Below, piece after piece: positions 40,903 through 42,409 of a stretch of 42,409 nt of DNA. The stretch is from NCBI GenBank assembly GCA_902481965.1, contig CABSYH010000001.1, positions 1 to 42,409 of the forward strand, given 5' to 3'. This DNA comes from an uncultured Collinsella sp. (GTDB lineage: Bacteria; Actinomycetota; Coriobacteriia; Coriobacteriales; Coriobacteriaceae). The notes beneath the pieces are model-generated. The model was given only the letters and a program-made list of their open reading frames with translations, ran no database searches and was not told the origin of the DNA. Numbering within the stretch: position 1 is the first letter of the stretch; each line of letters opens with the position of its first letter. The translations under genes and the position numbers were made by a program.

Positions 40903-41403
40903 ATGGTTCGTGTCGACATAGAGACCATCGTCATGGCCGCCGGTCCCGTGCCATCGCTTATCGTGCTTCGCGAGCGCTGCAGCAAATCGGACTCGCCCGC
41001 GCCACAGCGTTCCCTTTCCATTCAAACTGGTTCGTTTGAAGCCGCTGCCATCAGCCGCGGCATCGATAGCGGCCGCGCCGAGCGCCCGATTACCCATGAC
41101 CTGTTGCTCGATACTGTTGGCGCCCTGGGTGCCAAGCTCGAACGCATCGAAATCGTTCGCGCCGAGCCGCCCGTGTTTTACGCGACAGTTGTCGTGTTGG
41201 CCGATGGCAACGAGCATAAGATCGATGCGCGTCCCAGTGATGCCATCGCCCTTGCCGTGCGCAGCAATGCCCCCATGTTTGTGGAGGACGACATCATGAA
41301 TCGCCTGGGCACCGTTTCTGCCCATGCCGAGGAAGTTGACGACGAGCGGGAGTTCGAGAAGTTCGACGAGTTCGTCCATACGCTCTCCCCCGATGACTTC
41401 TAA
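40903..41403 (+). CDS. Bifunctional nuclease family protein (DUF151)
   Basis: FEAAAI, RPITHDLL, IDARPSDAIALAVR, terminal PDDF; ATG at 40903 after GGAGG. Confidence 0.9.
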   Translation: MVRVDIETIVMAAGPVPSLIVLRERCSKSDSPAPQRSLSIQTGSFEAAAISRGIDSGRAERPITHDLLLDTVGALGAKLERIEIVRAEPPVFYATVVVLADGNEHKIDARPSDAIALAVRSNAPMFVEDDIMNRLGTVSAHAEEVDDEREFEKFDEFVHTLSPDDF

Positions 41404-41793
41404 ATGTGGGGCGGCCAGGCTGCGGAGCGTTCGCTGATGGCCGGCGGTATGTCGGCTGAGGCGGCGGCCATTGCGCGCGAGGCCCAGATGCGCTCGGAGG
41501 CTTCTGAGGCGGCTCGCATTGCCTATGTGACGCAGGCCCGCACGCTTCGCGAACGCCGCGGCTCGTTTATCAAGATGGTTGTCGTCTCCGCCCTTGTCGC
41601 GGCAATCTGCTCGCGCCTTCGTGGTACAGTTGGTGCGCTTGGGTTTTCGATCTCTACGGGCCTCGTGATCTGGGGTGTGGTCGATGCGGTCATGCTGACT
41701 AGTCAGATCAAGGTGCTCGACAAGCGCGCGATGGATATGATGCGCACCCGCGACGCTGCCGCTAAGATCGCCGCCGAGGCACAAGAACTGTAA
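41404..41793 (+). CDS. Hypothetical two-TM membrane protein
   Basis: ATG directly follows the upstream stop; two hydrophobic segments. Confidence 0.7.
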   Translation: MWGGQAAERSLMAGGMSAEAAAIAREAQMRSEASEAARIAYVTQARTLRERRGSFIKMVVVSALVAAICSRLRGTVGALGFSISTGLVIWGVVDAVMLTSQIKVLDKRAMDMMRTRDAAAKIAAEAQEL

Positions 41794-41823
41794 TGACGCC
41801 AGACTCGATGGGAAGGTCTAAAG

Positions 41824-42273
41824 ATGGCACAGGATATGCAGGATGCCGGTAACGTCTCCGCCGAGCTCGACGCCATGGTGTGCGATCTGATCGGCGCGTT
41901 CTTGGACGACCTTGCCGCCGGCGAAAACCCCGGCGTGGTCGTGGCAATTGAGGACGCCGCTTCCAACCGTTATCTGGCGGCGCTCGATGAGGATGGCGAA
42001 GAGGCGTGCCTCGAGGCGGCCACCAACTTTATCTCCGAGCACAAGATGGGTCTTAAGGACGAGGGCCTGGGCCGTATCGCCCGCTATGCCATCGGCTATA
42101 CCGGCTGCGTCGAGATTGACGGAGGCTACCATGACGCTCTGCTCGTGAGCTTCTTTGAGACTACGCTCGAGAGCGGTTTTTCGGCATATGTGCTGTATGA
42201 GGGCATGGGCGCCGGCGATGGTTTTATGTGGAGCGACCCTGAACCTGCAGGTGAGGAAACCCCTCTCATCTAA
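41824..42273 (+). CDS. Acidic hypothetical protein
   Basis: 149-aa ORF with RBS-like ggaagg and host-like codon usage. Confidence 0.7.
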   Translation: MAQDMQDAGNVSAELDAMVCDLIGAFLDDLAAGENPGVVVAIEDAASNRYLAALDEDGEEACLEAATNFISEHKMGLKDEGLGRIARYAIGYTGCVEIDGGYHDALLVSFFETTLESGFSAYVLYEGMGAGDGFMWSDPEPAGEETPLI

Positions 42274-42367
42274 AATCGCTAAAATAAACGAGTTTTCGGT
42301 AAAAGGCTCAATATTCCCGCTGAGCGTTGTATCGCTGGGCGGGCCGCATACGCGTGCCGTTTGTATA

Positions 42368-42409
42368 CTGTCTCTTATACACATCTGACGCTGCCGACGA
42401 ATAGAGAGG
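42368..42409 (+). other. Nextera/Tn5 adapter read-through (assembly artefact)
   Basis: CTGTCTCTTATACACATCT (mosaic end) + GACGCTGCCGACGA + ATAGAGAG (index-like) at the window end. Confidence 0.97.

Noticed and set aside
41818..42388. ORFs 41818..42384 (-) and 42155..42388 (+)
   Set aside because: They begin or end in adapter sequence and overlap the better-supported ORF 41824..42273.

Overview
A chromosomal replication-origin region of a high-GC actinobacterium. Gene content and protein style suggest class Coriobacteriia, Collinsella-like (inference). The right half is the origin cluster: parB-parA-rsmG-jag-yidC-yidD-rnpA-rpmH on the minus strand, then an unexpected GHKL ATPase/Gln-Pro linker/wHTH gene, dnaA-dnaN-recF-dciA(DUF721)-gyrB-gyrA and tRNA-Ile on the plus strand. 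It carries five parS sites and an apparently bipartite oriC whose repeated boxes read TTTTCAACA rather than TTATCCACA, alongside an altered DnaA recognition helix. The left half holds housekeeping and envelope genes: M29 aminopeptidase, purC, a two-component pair, a Tat lipoprotein, purB, a thioester-domain LPXTG adhesin, a split M28 pseudo-peptidase, a PafBC-like WYL pair, an exonuclease-DinG fusion, ddl and rlmN. tRNA-Lys and tRNA-Gly are each followed by related palindromic 130-190 bp units that duplicate the tRNA 3' end and T-arm. A ~185 bp palindromic element sits between gyrA and tRNA-Ile. The last 42 nt are Nextera adapter contamination. No integrase, transposase, prophage or CRISPR array was seen.
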